Under the pieces are notes generated by a model, which ran no database searches, was not told where the DNA came from, and was given only the letters and a program-made list of their open reading frames with translations. This document shows, piece by piece, positions 29,347-38,336 of a DNA stretch of 64,000 nt. The stretch comes from Nitrosopumilaceae archaeon (GTDB lineage Archaea > Thermoproteota > Nitrososphaeria > Nitrososphaerales > Nitrosopumilaceae), in contig JBQTHX010000055.1 in NCBI GenBank assembly GCA_052389415.1, positions 31,714 to 95,713 of the forward strand. The letters are read 5' to 3'. Every line of letters begins with the position of its first letter. Within the stretch, counting starts at the first letter, position 1. Both the position numbers and the translations under genes were made by a program.

Positions 29347-30732
29347 AACTGGTCTTGAAACAAATTTTCCGTATCCTTGTTTGCCAATAACTTTGAAGTC
29401 TTCTGCAATGATTTGACCTCTTACAAGTGTCTTTACAGGCCATCCTTTTAGATTCCATCCATCAAAAACAGAATAATCAGAAAATCCATCAAAAATGTGG
29501 TTTGAAACCTTTTTCTCTTTTTTTAGATCTACTAGGACAATGTCAGCATCGGATTGTTTTTGTATGACACCTTTCCTTGGAAACATTCCAAATATCTTTG
29601 AGGTTTTTAGACTAGTTAATTCTGCTAGCTGAGGTAACGAAATTTTGTTTCTGTTTATTCCTTCACTAATCAATATTGGCAACATGGTTCCCATGCCTGG
29701 GAAACCTGCCAATGCACCCCACACATTATCTCCCCCAATCTTCAATTTTAGTTGATTCGCAACATGATCTGTTCCTATTGAATCAACAGAACCTGATATC
29801 ACCTCTTTCCATATTGCATCAATGTCTTTCGAACTTCTAATAGGGGGCATTACTTTTGCAAGATATCCTTTCTGAGAATCAAATGAAAGTGTGAGATAGT
29901 GTGGACATGTCTCAACATGAATTTTTGTACCCTTCATTTTTTCATCATGTATGGCATTCATTGCTCCCTGTGAACCAATATGAGCAAAATATAATGTACA
30001 GCCGAATTTTTTTGCAATTCTTGAAACAGTTCTAATGGCCTTTATTTCAGAATCGACAGATCTACTTTCGGACCACGCACCTAAACCATCCTTGTTTTTT
30101 TCTTTTGCCTCCCTTATTCCACATGAGCACATTTGGTAATCCTCGGCATGAACTAAAACAGGACAACCTAGAGTTGCAGCAGTTGATACTATTTTTTCGA
30201 TCATTTCAGAATTTATTTCAATTTTTTCTTCATGTAGTGAGTTGGTTCCCGGCACCATATCCATGTAAACATGTCCTATGTCATCGCCAAGATTCATGTA
30301 AAGTTTGAATGAAGTAATTCCTTTTGTAGTACAATATTGCATTTCATTTATTTGATCTTTTTGTAAAATTGACGCATGTATTGTATAATCAACAAAATGA
30401 CTTTTTGCACTTTCATCAAGATGTAAATCAAGAAATTTTTTGTAAGAACCACCTAGTCTTAGCATTCTCATCATTGTTGTGATGCCACCAACGGCAGCAA
30501 CTCTTGATTCAGTGACTGCGGCTTTTTCGATGGGAGAATAAACTCCATAATGCACATGAGGATCTATTAATCCAGGAAGAGAGACCAGTCCTCTTGCGTT
30601 AATTTTTTCATCGCATTGGGGGAGTTCATTTGTCAGATTTACAATTTTGCCTTCGTCAATTACAATATTTTTTTCTATCACACCAGTTGGCAAAACTACA
30701 TGTGAATCAATAATCACAGTGTCAAAAGTCAC
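29338..30732 (-). CDS. Cyclic amidohydrolase (dihydroorotase/hydantoinase family)
   Basis: PGLIDPHVH, SFKLYM, VHAED, ETCPHYL, GTDH. Confidence 0.88.
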   Translation of the reverse strand: MTFDTVIIDSHVVLPTGVIEKNIVIDEGKIVNLTNELPQCDEKINARGLVSLPGLIDPHVHYGVYSPIEKAAVTESRVAAVGGITTMMRMLRLGGSYKKFLDLHLDESAKSHFVDYTIHASILQKDQINEMQYCTTKGITSFKLYMNLGDDIGHVYMDMVPGTNSLHEEKIEINSEMIEKIVSTAATLGCPVLVHAEDYQMCSCGIREAKEKNKDGLGAWSESRSVDSEIKAIRTVSRIAKKFGCTLYFAHIGSQGAMNAIHDEKMKGTKIHVETCPHYLTLSFDSQKGYLAKVMPPIRSSKDIDAIWKEVISGSVDSIGTDHVANQLKLKIGGDNVWGALAGFPGMGTMLPILISEGINRNKISLPQLAELTSLKTSKIFGMFPRKGVIQKQSDADIVLVDLKKEKKVSNHIFDGFSDYSVFDGWNLKGWPVKTLVRGQIIAEDFKVIGKQGYGKFVSRPVLA

Positions 30733-30807
30733 TAGTAATTTTCTTTGAAAGCCAGTATTATTCTTTAGGTAAATGAATAAAACAGAGAAAGGTTCTCGGT
30801 ATCAAAA

Positions 30808-30883
30808 GGGCCAGTAGTCTAGTGGTAGTGATGCCGCGTTCGCAACGCGGATGTCGGGGGTTCAAATCCCCCCTGGTCCACCA
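30808..30883 (+). tRNA. tRNA-Ala(CGC), CCA encoded; integration target
   Basis: GGGCCAG...CCGCG-TTCGCAA-CGCGG...GTTCAAATC...CTGGTCCACCA. Confidence 0.95.
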
Positions 30884-30884
30884 T
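30865..30884 (+). repeat. attL core (tRNA 3' end)
   Basis: Identical to 46718-46737. Confidence 0.93.
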
Positions 30885-30890
30885 TATGGC

Positions 30891-30907
30891 GTTCATTTTA
30901 TAGTTCC
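30891..30907 (-). repeat. Inverted att-flanking 'arm' motif
   Basis: Reverse complement GGAACTATAAAATGAAC matches GGAACCAAGAAATGAAC at 46689-46705 (14/17). Confidence 0.7.
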
Positions 30908-30923
30908 ACAACTATAGTAATGC

Positions 30924-32204
30924 GTGAAAATACGCATCGAAGATCTTGATGAAGTAACCAGCGAACCAATCAAGCTCTTCTATGACGGGATAAAATCTAA
31001 TGAGACCAGGGAAAAGTATACCAGAACTCTACGCAGAATCTTGTGTGATATTTTAGAGGATCTTTTACATGGCAGTTTTGAACAGCGTGCAGCAGAGCTT
31101 GTAAGAAAGGCAAAAGAAAATCCTGAATATGCTCTGAGTATTCTTCTTGCCATTTCAAGGAAGTTAAAACAAAGAACAGAATTACCAGAAACCAATCAAA
31201 ATTATCTTAATCCTATATCTATTCCATCATATTTCAAACCAATCAAAAAGATCTTTGACATGAATGGTGTTGCTGTGGTCTGGAAACGTGTTTATGCAAC
31301 ATTTCCGCAATACACCAACAAGACAAAGGGGAGAGGTTATTCTAGAGAAGAAATTGCAAAAGCATTGAATTTTACAAATGGATCCATTGACAAGGCAATC
31401 ATCTTGGTTGCTTGCAGCTCTGGGATCAGGGAAGGTGGATTCAAACTGAAATGGGAGGATCTGAAACCAGTTTACAAACTTGATGGAAAGCTCGTGTTTG
31501 ATTTTACCGAATCAGAGAAGGAAAGAGCAGAAATTGTTTGTGCAATGATTTCGATTTATTCAGGAGATGAAGAAGAGTATCCTGCATTCATCACACCTGA
31601 AGCATACAAGGCAATTGAAGATTACCGATCTAGTTGGATTAAGGATGTTGGAAGAGAACCAAAACCAACTGAGCCAATCTTCAAACAAGCTGGTGATTTA
31701 CCATTGATGCTAAAGCCTACTGCTATTAAGGCAAGAGTAGAGCGTGTTCTAAAGGAAGCTGGAATAAGGATTCCACTCCAAAAGGGAAAACGTAGACATG
31801 ATATTCCAGCCATGAATGGATTCAGACGATTCTTCAATAAGGCAAACAAGGAAACACTATCGAAGGATTCTCCTCTTGCAGCTTTGATAAAGAAGGAATA
31901 TCAGATGGGGCATGTTGGGTTGATCAAGCTTGATAGAAGCTATTTCCAATCCCACGTCTTCGAACTTGTTGAGGAATATGTCAATGCTGTTCCTAATCTT
32001 ACAATATCTGATGAAGAGCGAATAAAGGCAGAAAATGTAAGGTTAAAGAAGGAAAAATCTGAACTTGAAAAGAAAAATCTTGAAATCGAACAACTAAAAC
32101 TTGAACAAACGAAGATTCTAGAGGATCTCAGGAAAGTAAAGAAAAGACAGGAAAGATCTGAGAAATATCTTTTAAAACATGAACCGCTAGAATTTCATGA
32201 TTAA
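30924..32204 (+). CDS. Tyrosine recombinase/integrase with C-terminal coiled coil
   Basis: SSGIREG (R), MNGFRRFF (HxxR variant NxxR), QMGH, SYF (Tyr). Confidence 0.9.
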   Translation: MKIRIEDLDEVTSEPIKLFYDGIKSNETREKYTRTLRRILCDILEDLLHGSFEQRAAELVRKAKENPEYALSILLAISRKLKQRTELPETNQNYLNPISIPSYFKPIKKIFDMNGVAVVWKRVYATFPQYTNKTKGRGYSREEIAKALNFTNGSIDKAIILVACSSGIREGGFKLKWEDLKPVYKLDGKLVFDFTESEKERAEIVCAMISIYSGDEEEYPAFITPEAYKAIEDYRSSWIKDVGREPKPTEPIFKQAGDLPLMLKPTAIKARVERVLKEAGIRIPLQKGKRRHDIPAMNGFRRFFNKANKETLSKDSPLAALIKKEYQMGHVGLIKLDRSYFQSHVFELVEEYVNAVPNLTISDEERIKAENVRLKKEKSELEKKNLEIEQLKLEQTKILEDLRKVKKRQERSEKYLLKHEPLEFHD

Positions 32205-32899
32205 TACTCTGCCTTTACAACTCTTCTCGAGTTTGGTTTTCCTGGAAGGTTCAGGAACCATTTGGCGTTTGATAGTAGTTCTAAAGTCAAAGTTTTACAT
32301 TCCTTGTATTCTATTGGGAACAATTCCGCAAGTCTTTTTTCTACATTATGGATAATTTTATTATCATATTCGAGTCCAAGTTCATGTCCAAAAAGATTTG
32401 GGAAAACTTCCCTCATAGGAAGTGAATTTTCTATCCATTCTACTTGTTTTATGTTTGAGTTTTTTTCAATATATTTGAAACTCTCAATATAATTAAAAAT
32501 AGTATAGAATCCAATCATTTGAGTAAGGTTTAACAGAAACTTTTTGCGGTCATCAAATCTATTGGATCTTTGTAACAGAAAATCGCTTGCGTCTATTGCA
32601 TAAAGCTTTGCTTGCAATGCGATGTTTTTTTCTGCCGTAGGGAAGAGTCGATACAGAGGATAAGGATTACCACGTCCTCTCCCAATTTTTATTATCCTTC
32701 GATTCTTAATCAATCTCTGTAAAACATAGTCAGTGCCTTTATGATCAAAAAATCGTATTCCATTTTCTCGCAACATATTTTCAATTTGAAAGTGTCTTGC
32801 TTCTCCATGTATCAAAAGATACTCCACCACCAATTCATCAGGATCTTTGAATTGGAAGGTTTTGGATAAATGATATTTTTTTCTACCGTCTATCATCAC
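32201..32899 (-). CDS. Winged-helix-like protein, probable element regulator
   Basis: VVEYLLIHGEARHFQI...VLQRLIKNRRIIK...YRL wHTH-like pattern; divergent from the RHH operon. Confidence 0.6.
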   Translation of the reverse strand: MMIDGRKKYHLSKTFQFKDPDELVVEYLLIHGEARHFQIENMLRENGIRFFDHKGTDYVLQRLIKNRRIIKIGRGRGNPYPLYRLFPTAEKNIALQAKLYAIDASDFLLQRSNRFDDRKKFLLNLTQMIGFYTIFNYIESFKYIEKNSNIKQVEWIENSLPMREVFPNLFGHELGLEYDNKIIHNVEKRLAELFPIEYKECKTLTLELLSNAKWFLNLPGKPNSRRVVKAEY

Positions 32900-32901
32900 T
32901 T

Positions 32902-32919
32902 AGGGTAGTTTACTACCCT
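32902..32919. promoter_or_regulatory. Inverted-repeat operator between the divergent wHTH and RHH genes
   Basis: AGGGTAGT-TT-ACTACCCT, perfect 8-bp arms. Confidence 0.6.
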
Positions 32920-32949
32920 TTTATTAAGTTCATTGTCTCTATGTCATTC

Positions 32950-33075
32950 ATGCAAAATACGACAATAACAGTCAGCGTGGAAACCCGAAATAGGCTGGCG
33001 AAAATTGGAAGATTTGGCCAAAGTTTTGACGAAGTCATTAAAGATTTGATACAGATCTGGGAGAATTCTGTATGA
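32950..33075 (+). CDS. Ribbon-helix-helix (CopG-like) regulator, 41 aa
   Basis: Manual translation MQNTTITVSVETRNRLAKIGRFGQSFDEVIKDLIQIWENSV; archaeal RHH pattern TTI.VS.ETR..L......SFDEVI..L. Confidence 0.8.
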   Translation: MQNTTITVSVETRNRLAKIGRFGQSFDEVIKDLIQIWENSV

Positions 33076-33239
33076 CAAATCAGAGGTCTCCAATCTTTTG
33101 TTGCAAGTGTAAGGCAGGAAAACAATACAGGCTTTGGATTGATGGAGGAAGTTCTGGAAATTATATACTAGAATTTTGTGAAAATTGTTTTGATACAGAG
33201 GGGAAAGAATTTCTATTAAAGGAGGAGAAAATCATTTGA
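33072..33239 (+). CDS. Small Zn-finger protein, 55 aa
   Basis: Manual translation MTNQRSPIFCCKCKAGKQYRLWIDGGSSGNYILEFCENCFD...; ATGA and TTGA overlaps with its neighbours. Confidence 0.7.
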   Translation: MTNQRSPIFCCKCKAGKQYRLWIDGGSSGNYILEFCENCFDTEGKEFLLKEEKII

Positions 33240-34018
33240 AGTTATTCTTCAACTCAATCCCAATTATTTTCACTAAAATAAGAGAAATCATTAGCGATTT
33301 CTTCAATTCGAATTTGAGCCAAACCAAATTTCTTTCTGAGGATTTTCCTCAACGTGAAAAAATGGATACAGGAAACAAGCTGGAGGGTATGGGGGCTCTA
33401 TTTGCAGAAATTCTTTCAGGACATCTCTCTGGAATAAAGGAAATACATGACATAAAGATCAAAACTAATTCTGATTTACATAAGCATCTAGTTTCGTCTG
33501 GACACTCACAAGACAGAACCAACAAGGGCATATACCTTGAAATTCCGACCCCTGAACCTTCACTAGCTATTAAGATAGCAGTTTACCCTAGTACGATCCA
33601 AATCGACATAGGATGCAGTAATGAACCATTCACTTGTGATTCTACTGGAGCACTGAGGCTATCATCCCTTTTAGCACGAATAAGAGATTCACTACTTGAA
33701 CTTTCTGCACGTAACGCAAGGATTCCATCCACTGATGAATGGATAGTCACACATAGACATTATGGAATTGATGGACAAGAAATTGAATTATCTGGTAACG
33801 CTCTAAACGTAACTGTTAATGATGAAATAAAGGGATTTAGACGCATGTATACAAAGATACTTCCTGATGGCAGAGTGATACCACGTGTGGAGAAGGTTGT
33901 TACTGCAAAAAATACAGTTTCGGAAGAGTTAGACCAGATTTCGAATGACAAGTACGATGTAATCAGACCTAGTGGCAGATTAATGGCAGGTGGCAGGAGC
34001 AAAATTGATTCTGATTGA
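33236..34018 (+). CDS. Hypothetical protein, possible Rep_trans-like replication initiator
   Basis: IVTHRHYGID...RMYTK...RVEK recalls the R-D-x-A-x-D / R-x-Y-x-K / R-x-E motif order; lies downstream of a CopG-like gene. Confidence 0.5.
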   Translation: MKLFFNSIPIIFTKIREIISDFFNSNLSQTKFLSEDFPQREKMDTGNKLEGMGALFAEILSGHLSGIKEIHDIKIKTNSDLHKHLVSSGHSQDRTNKGIYLEIPTPEPSLAIKIAVYPSTIQIDIGCSNEPFTCDSTGALRLSSLLARIRDSLLELSARNARIPSTDEWIVTHRHYGIDGQEIELSGNALNVTVNDEIKGFRRMYTKILPDGRVIPRVEKVVTAKNTVSEELDQISNDKYDVIRPSGRLMAGGRSKIDSD

Positions 34019-34502
34019 CAGAACAAGTAGGCTGTCCAAGAATCAGATATCAAGATTGAAAAATGTTATACGATTTTGTGATTTTGGAAAATTTACCATT
34101 GAGGAGTCAATGAAACGCATCAATTCTGGTGTTCTGGGCTATCATAAAACTACAAAGAATGGCACTCTTATTCCAATTACTATCTCTGAAAGAACTTACT
34201 ACAGATATAGAAACCAAACCCAGGATCTAAATGAGGTCGAAAAAGAATTGAGAGATTTCATGAGGGAAGAGTACACCATCCAAATGCATTCAATCCTTTC
34301 AGTCATACGTGAATTATTTGCACTAACACAGCAAAATCTACATCAAGCAAAAACAGCACGTGACAGGCAATATATCATCAATAGCATGATCCAAAACTTT
34401 CCGAAATACACGCAGTATCTTGAGGTGATAAGAATTCTAATGGAAAGAGGAAAGCTTCCCCTTGGCGAGAGTTCTAAAGAAATCAAACATGATGTTAGTT
34501 GA
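33990..34502 (+). CDS. HTH-containing helical protein
   Basis: ISERTYYRYR recognition-helix-like motif followed by helical segments. Confidence 0.6.
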   Translation: MAGAKLILIDRTSRLSKNQISRLKNVIRFCDFGKFTIEESMKRINSGVLGYHKTTKNGTLIPITISERTYYRYRNQTQDLNEVEKELRDFMREEYTIQMHSILSVIRELFALTQQNLHQAKTARDRQYIINSMIQNFPKYTQYLEVIRILMERGKLPLGESSKEIKHDVS

Positions 34503-34627
34503 TAGTTAAGAAGTTCTAGCTTCAGTTGTTAGAATTCGTGATGCAAAATTCACAAATAATCTGGGCACCCAAAGTCTTCTAGGTGGATTGAAGACAAAGT
34601 GAGTTTTAAGAATCCATGAATTAGATT

Positions 34628-34777
34628 CTATAATTCTGTTTTTAGAATTATTTTGTTATTTTCTTCTGTAAACACCAATGTTTGTCCAACATCAATTTTC
34701 ATATGTTTTCTAACATCTTCAGGAATGGTGACCTGAAATCGCACGGTTACTTTGCTTGCTCCCAAAATTTTAGCCAT
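34628..34777 (-). CDS. AbrB/MazE/SpoVT family DNA-binding protein, 49 aa
   Basis: Manual translation MAKILGASKVTVRFQVTIPEDVRKHMKIDVGQTLVFTEENNKIILKTEL. Confidence 0.88.
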   Translation of the reverse strand: MAKILGASKVTVRFQVTIPEDVRKHMKIDVGQTLVFTEENNKIILKTEL

Positions 34778-34848
34778 TTAACAAGTTAAACAAGATAACC
34801 AAGAATATACATAGCCATGAATACCAAGATTACCAAGATAAATCTTAT

Positions 34849-35796
34849 ATGAGAAATTGGTCAGTTTTGACTATGATGGTTCGGGCTAGGTTGGCGGGAT
34901 TTATTATAATCACAGTTATCACTTTTAGTACAGTATATTTTACATCTGCGAATGCTCAGGAAAACAAGATTCCCGATTGGGTGAAAGGAGTAACAGGCTG
35001 GTGGGCTGAGGGAAAAATTTCTGAAAGTGAATTTATCAACGCCATGGAATTCTTAATCAACGAAGGGATCATTAAACCCTCTTCTATTATTACATTGCAG
35101 GATAAGGCAAATGAATTACAGGCGAGATTGGATGCTGCACAAAAAAGAATAATTTCATTGGAACAACAAATTTCTGAACCAGATTCTGGTTCGTCCTCTG
35201 ATAATAATACTGCAGATTCGGATCTTCTAAAACTAAAAATTTCTGCGTCATCATGGGGCAAGAGTCAAATTAGTGATGCAGATTATTTCAACGAAATCCA
35301 AAAGCTGGTAGATAATGGAACAATAAAACCATTCGATGGTAACCAGAACAAAAATCCAGAAACAAACAAAGAACCTATCCCTAGGCTTCCTAGTATTCAT
35401 ACTTTTCAATTTCCATTTGATACATCAGAGCCAAAACATCTAACCATTTATTTGGGAGACACTGTAAAATGGATTAACTCTGATGACGAATCTCATACAG
35501 TAACAAGTGGAACAAAAGAAATAGGCTACGATGGAAAGTTTTTTGATAGATTGATTTCACCAAACGAATCCACTAATGCTAGTTTCTCTGGAACTGGGAC
35601 ATTTACTTTTTTCTGCAGGCTTTACAATCATAATGAAAATCTTGTTGTAGACGTTATAGCTGAATATCGTCAAGTCACTGTACCTCAATGGGTTAGAGAT
35701 AATGCCAAGTGGTGGGGAGAAGGAACTATTGTTTACAGTGACTATCGTGCGGGACTTGCCTATCTATATGAAAATGGTTTCATAAACAATCCATGA
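34849..35796 (+). CDS. Secreted protein with IPxW repeats, a coiled coil and a cupredoxin-like domain
   Basis: Signal peptide; IPDWVK and VPQWVRDNAKWW repeats; LGDTVKWINSD..SHTVTSG...GTFTFFCRL. Confidence 0.82.
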   Translation: MRNWSVLTMMVRARLAGFIIITVITFSTVYFTSANAQENKIPDWVKGVTGWWAEGKISESEFINAMEFLINEGIIKPSSIITLQDKANELQARLDAAQKRIISLEQQISEPDSGSSSDNNTADSDLLKLKISASSWGKSQISDADYFNEIQKLVDNGTIKPFDGNQNKNPETNKEPIPRLPSIHTFQFPFDTSEPKHLTIYLGDTVKWINSDDESHTVTSGTKEIGYDGKFFDRLISPNESTNASFSGTGTFTFFCRLYNHNENLVVDVIAEYRQVTVPQWVRDNAKWWGEGTIVYSDYRAGLAYLYENGFINNP

Positions 35797-35810
35797 GGAT
35801 TAAGAGGCTG

Positions 35811-35923
35811 AAAAATGGATGAATAATGTTTTAGATGGGGGTCCTTGGGCTGTAGATTTTGATGATAGAAAGGCCTTTCCAACCTTCGTAACTCCAACCC
35901 GTACACTCTATTCATATTTCCAA
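35811..35923 (-). pseudogene. 5' fragment of a DUF72 gene (stop plus frameshift)
   Basis: Reads LEI*IECTGWSYEGWKG / PFYHQNLQPKDPHLKHYSSIF versus intact LEIKIGCTGWSYAGWIGPFYPNSLDAKYHLKHYSGIF at 42516..43307. Confidence 0.85.
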
Positions 35924-36124
35924 TGAGAAAAAATTGCTTAGCTAGAATCTTAGTTCTGCTGCGTACAAGATTGATTTTTCTTCGTGCTGCGGTTCGACTG
36001 ACAAGATAAAAATAAAGAAAATTCATGAAAATCGTACTAGTTATGTAGGTTTTACAAAAGACCTAATATTTTTTGCTAATCTTGCTATAAAGATATATCC
36101 GCCAGGGAATTACAGGTTTATTCC

Positions 36125-37270
36125 ATGCCTAAAAAATATGACAGCAAGTGGTGGATCTACGACCAAACTCATGAATCTCTGGATTCTCTTGTAGGGTTTT
36201 TAGAAAGCATGCTTAGCAGTAATAAAAAATATCAAATCGCTATGTTTTTACTGGTTTCTAAAAAGGATATTTTTGAATTATTTAGCTCAAAAAATTCATA
36301 TCATTTCTATACTGATTTTGGAAATTCAAATAAGAATAACAGTATGTTATCCTTTCGCATAACAAAAAAGGATGAAAAAAAGATCAAACCTGATATATCT
36401 GGAAATGTTCTATTTGCAAGAACACCAAAAAGCGAGGTCTATCTTGCAATTACTGATGAACCAAGAGATTTTGTTCAATTTGTATTAACACCATTTCTCA
36501 AATCATACTATCCGTACATCTCTAAAGCCTTCTTGAGTGCAAATGAATTACGCCAAATTTTAGAAAGGCTGGAGAGTGTAACAGGTGGGCAAATAATTGC
36601 GGATAGGATCACAGCACATAGACGTATTTCATATATTCCAATGCAACGTGATGAATCAGGTTCAAAAGAAAATAGGATAGAAACAAAGGAATCTCATAGA
36701 GTATGGACAAAAAGACCTTTTCGTGATGCTTTCAATGAAGCTATTCTTAATGATGAATGGATTGATAAAGTAGAATTTCGACTAATCAATGATTCAAAAA
36801 CTCAAATGGAAGCATATTTTTCAAGACACGGGTTGTTCAAATTTAGAGATTCGATTTCTCCATTTTATCAAACGTTATTGCCATTTATTATGGAAATAAT
36901 TGAAAGAAAGTTCAACTTATATTCCCATAGATCGAGAAATGAAAAACCAAAACCATCTCCTCTGGTTATTGAATTAGATTCTGATATATTCAAGGACGAT
37001 GCTCAGAATCACAGATTTATTGAAATTATGAAAAAAATGTCATATATTTCAATGAGCGTATATCACAACAATCCTTACATTCATGTCTCACTGGTAGATT
37101 ATTTAGATGGATCAACATTCGATCTTTGGGTACTATCAACAAATAAAATTACTGTTGTACCACAGTTACGTGCTACAGAAGCATCCGTAGCACGTTTAAT
37201 GAATCACATATTTGAAAGATTCAGAGAGGGGACAGTTAAGGAATATGAAGGATATGTCAAGACAACATGA
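36125..37270 (+). CDS. Hypothetical protein, first gene of a two-gene operon
   Basis: 381-aa ORF overlapping the next gene; C-terminal NPYIHVSLVDYLDGSTFDLWV block; no assignable family. Confidence 0.8.
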   Translation: MPKKYDSKWWIYDQTHESLDSLVGFLESMLSSNKKYQIAMFLLVSKKDIFELFSSKNSYHFYTDFGNSNKNNSMLSFRITKKDEKKIKPDISGNVLFARTPKSEVYLAITDEPRDFVQFVLTPFLKSYYPYISKAFLSANELRQILERLESVTGGQIIADRITAHRRISYIPMQRDESGSKENRIETKESHRVWTKRPFRDAFNEAILNDEWIDKVEFRLINDSKTQMEAYFSRHGLFKFRDSISPFYQTLLPFIMEIIERKFNLYSHRSRNEKPKPSPLVIELDSDIFKDDAQNHRFIEIMKKMSYISMSVYHNNPYIHVSLVDYLDGSTFDLWVLSTNKITVVPQLRATEASVARLMNHIFERFREGTVKEYEGYVKTT

Positions 37271-38249
37271 TCCTATTCAAAATCTATTAAAAGAAATAGA
37301 TAATTATCGTCAAACGGTTGGAGCTATACTTGCACTAGGCACTATTCTCATTCGTTATTATAATTCAGCATTTCGTGTTGGTCATAAATTAAAACCAAGT
37401 CCACAAAATCGTATACAAAGTAACGAAGATGTGACTCCAGATATTCTTGCTCAGGGGATTAATCTTAATCTTATTGGAGAAGTGAAGAAAAGTTTTCCAC
37501 AAAATGAGGAGTGGTGGTTATCTGATTTAAAACAGATCGAAAAATATGATGATAATTTGACAAATTGGGTAAATGGACAAGTTGAAAATCATGATCTTAT
37601 GTTATTAACTCATATTTCTCGAGGTCCAAAACTCAGAAGTTTTTTAGAAAGAAAAATTGCAGAAGGGAAAATACAATTCAATCGACCACTATCAATAATT
37701 GAATTTACTCGTGATTCCCAGATTTCAACATTTTGGCATTTAAGAAAAAGTTGGGGAATAATATCAAATAAAACTTTAGATAATCACTTAACCGTAGAGA
37801 CAATAAATCTTAATGGAGAAAATATTGTTTCTGAGCTAAGCTCGGTCTTGTTTTATGATTCTGAACCTATAATGCCTGATTTGATGAATCTCATTTGGAT
37901 AAAAGTATTTCCTGATAAAGCCACAACAGAACGATATATGGAAGCAGCTGGTAAAAAAATCATTGAGTTAACATTTACGGTGGATGAGGTAGTAGACAAA
38001 TGTAGACAATATTTTTCAATGCCAGATTCATCGCTTCCTAAAAGAGAGTGGATTAAAAAAGCGATAGAAGGACTTGTAAAGCTTAACCGAGCCAAAAAAC
38101 TCGTTGGGGAAAATTATTTAATATATTATCATAAAATTGGTCCAGATACATTAAGAACTTTTGTTAAAGAATGGTTAGATAGTTCGCAAGATATTAGAGA
38201 ATTTATACCACAACCAGAGGATTCAACAGACAATCAAACATTAGACTAG
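37212..38249 (+). CDS. Putative PD-(D/E)xK nuclease with C-terminal winged helix (likely start at 37254)
   Basis: TPDILAQ...GEVKK...QIEKY (PD..ExK plus QxxxY); C-terminal WIKKAIEGLVKLNRAKK...YLI. Confidence 0.65.
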   Translation: MKDSERGQLRNMKDMSRQHDPIQNLLKEIDNYRQTVGAILALGTILIRYYNSAFRVGHKLKPSPQNRIQSNEDVTPDILAQGINLNLIGEVKKSFPQNEEWWLSDLKQIEKYDDNLTNWVNGQVENHDLMLLTHISRGPKLRSFLERKIAEGKIQFNRPLSIIEFTRDSQISTFWHLRKSWGIISNKTLDNHLTVETINLNGENIVSELSSVLFYDSEPIMPDLMNLIWIKVFPDKATTERYMEAAGKKIIELTFTVDEVVDKCRQYFSMPDSSLPKREWIKKAIEGLVKLNRAKKLVGENYLIYYHKIGPDTLRTFVKEWLDSSQDIREFIPQPEDSTDNQTLD

Positions 38250-38336
38250 CTGTTCCATTGAGTTCCAAGAATTCTGATTTTGGCACAAAACGGATCCAGG
38301 ATAATTCCAAGATGATATTCTAGTAACTGTGGATTA

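Noticed and set aside
35760-36026. 88-aa minus-strand ORF from the track as a real gene
   Set aside because: Only its central part is meaningful, and that part belongs to the frameshifted DUF72 remnant; it also overlaps the end of the cupredoxin-like gene.
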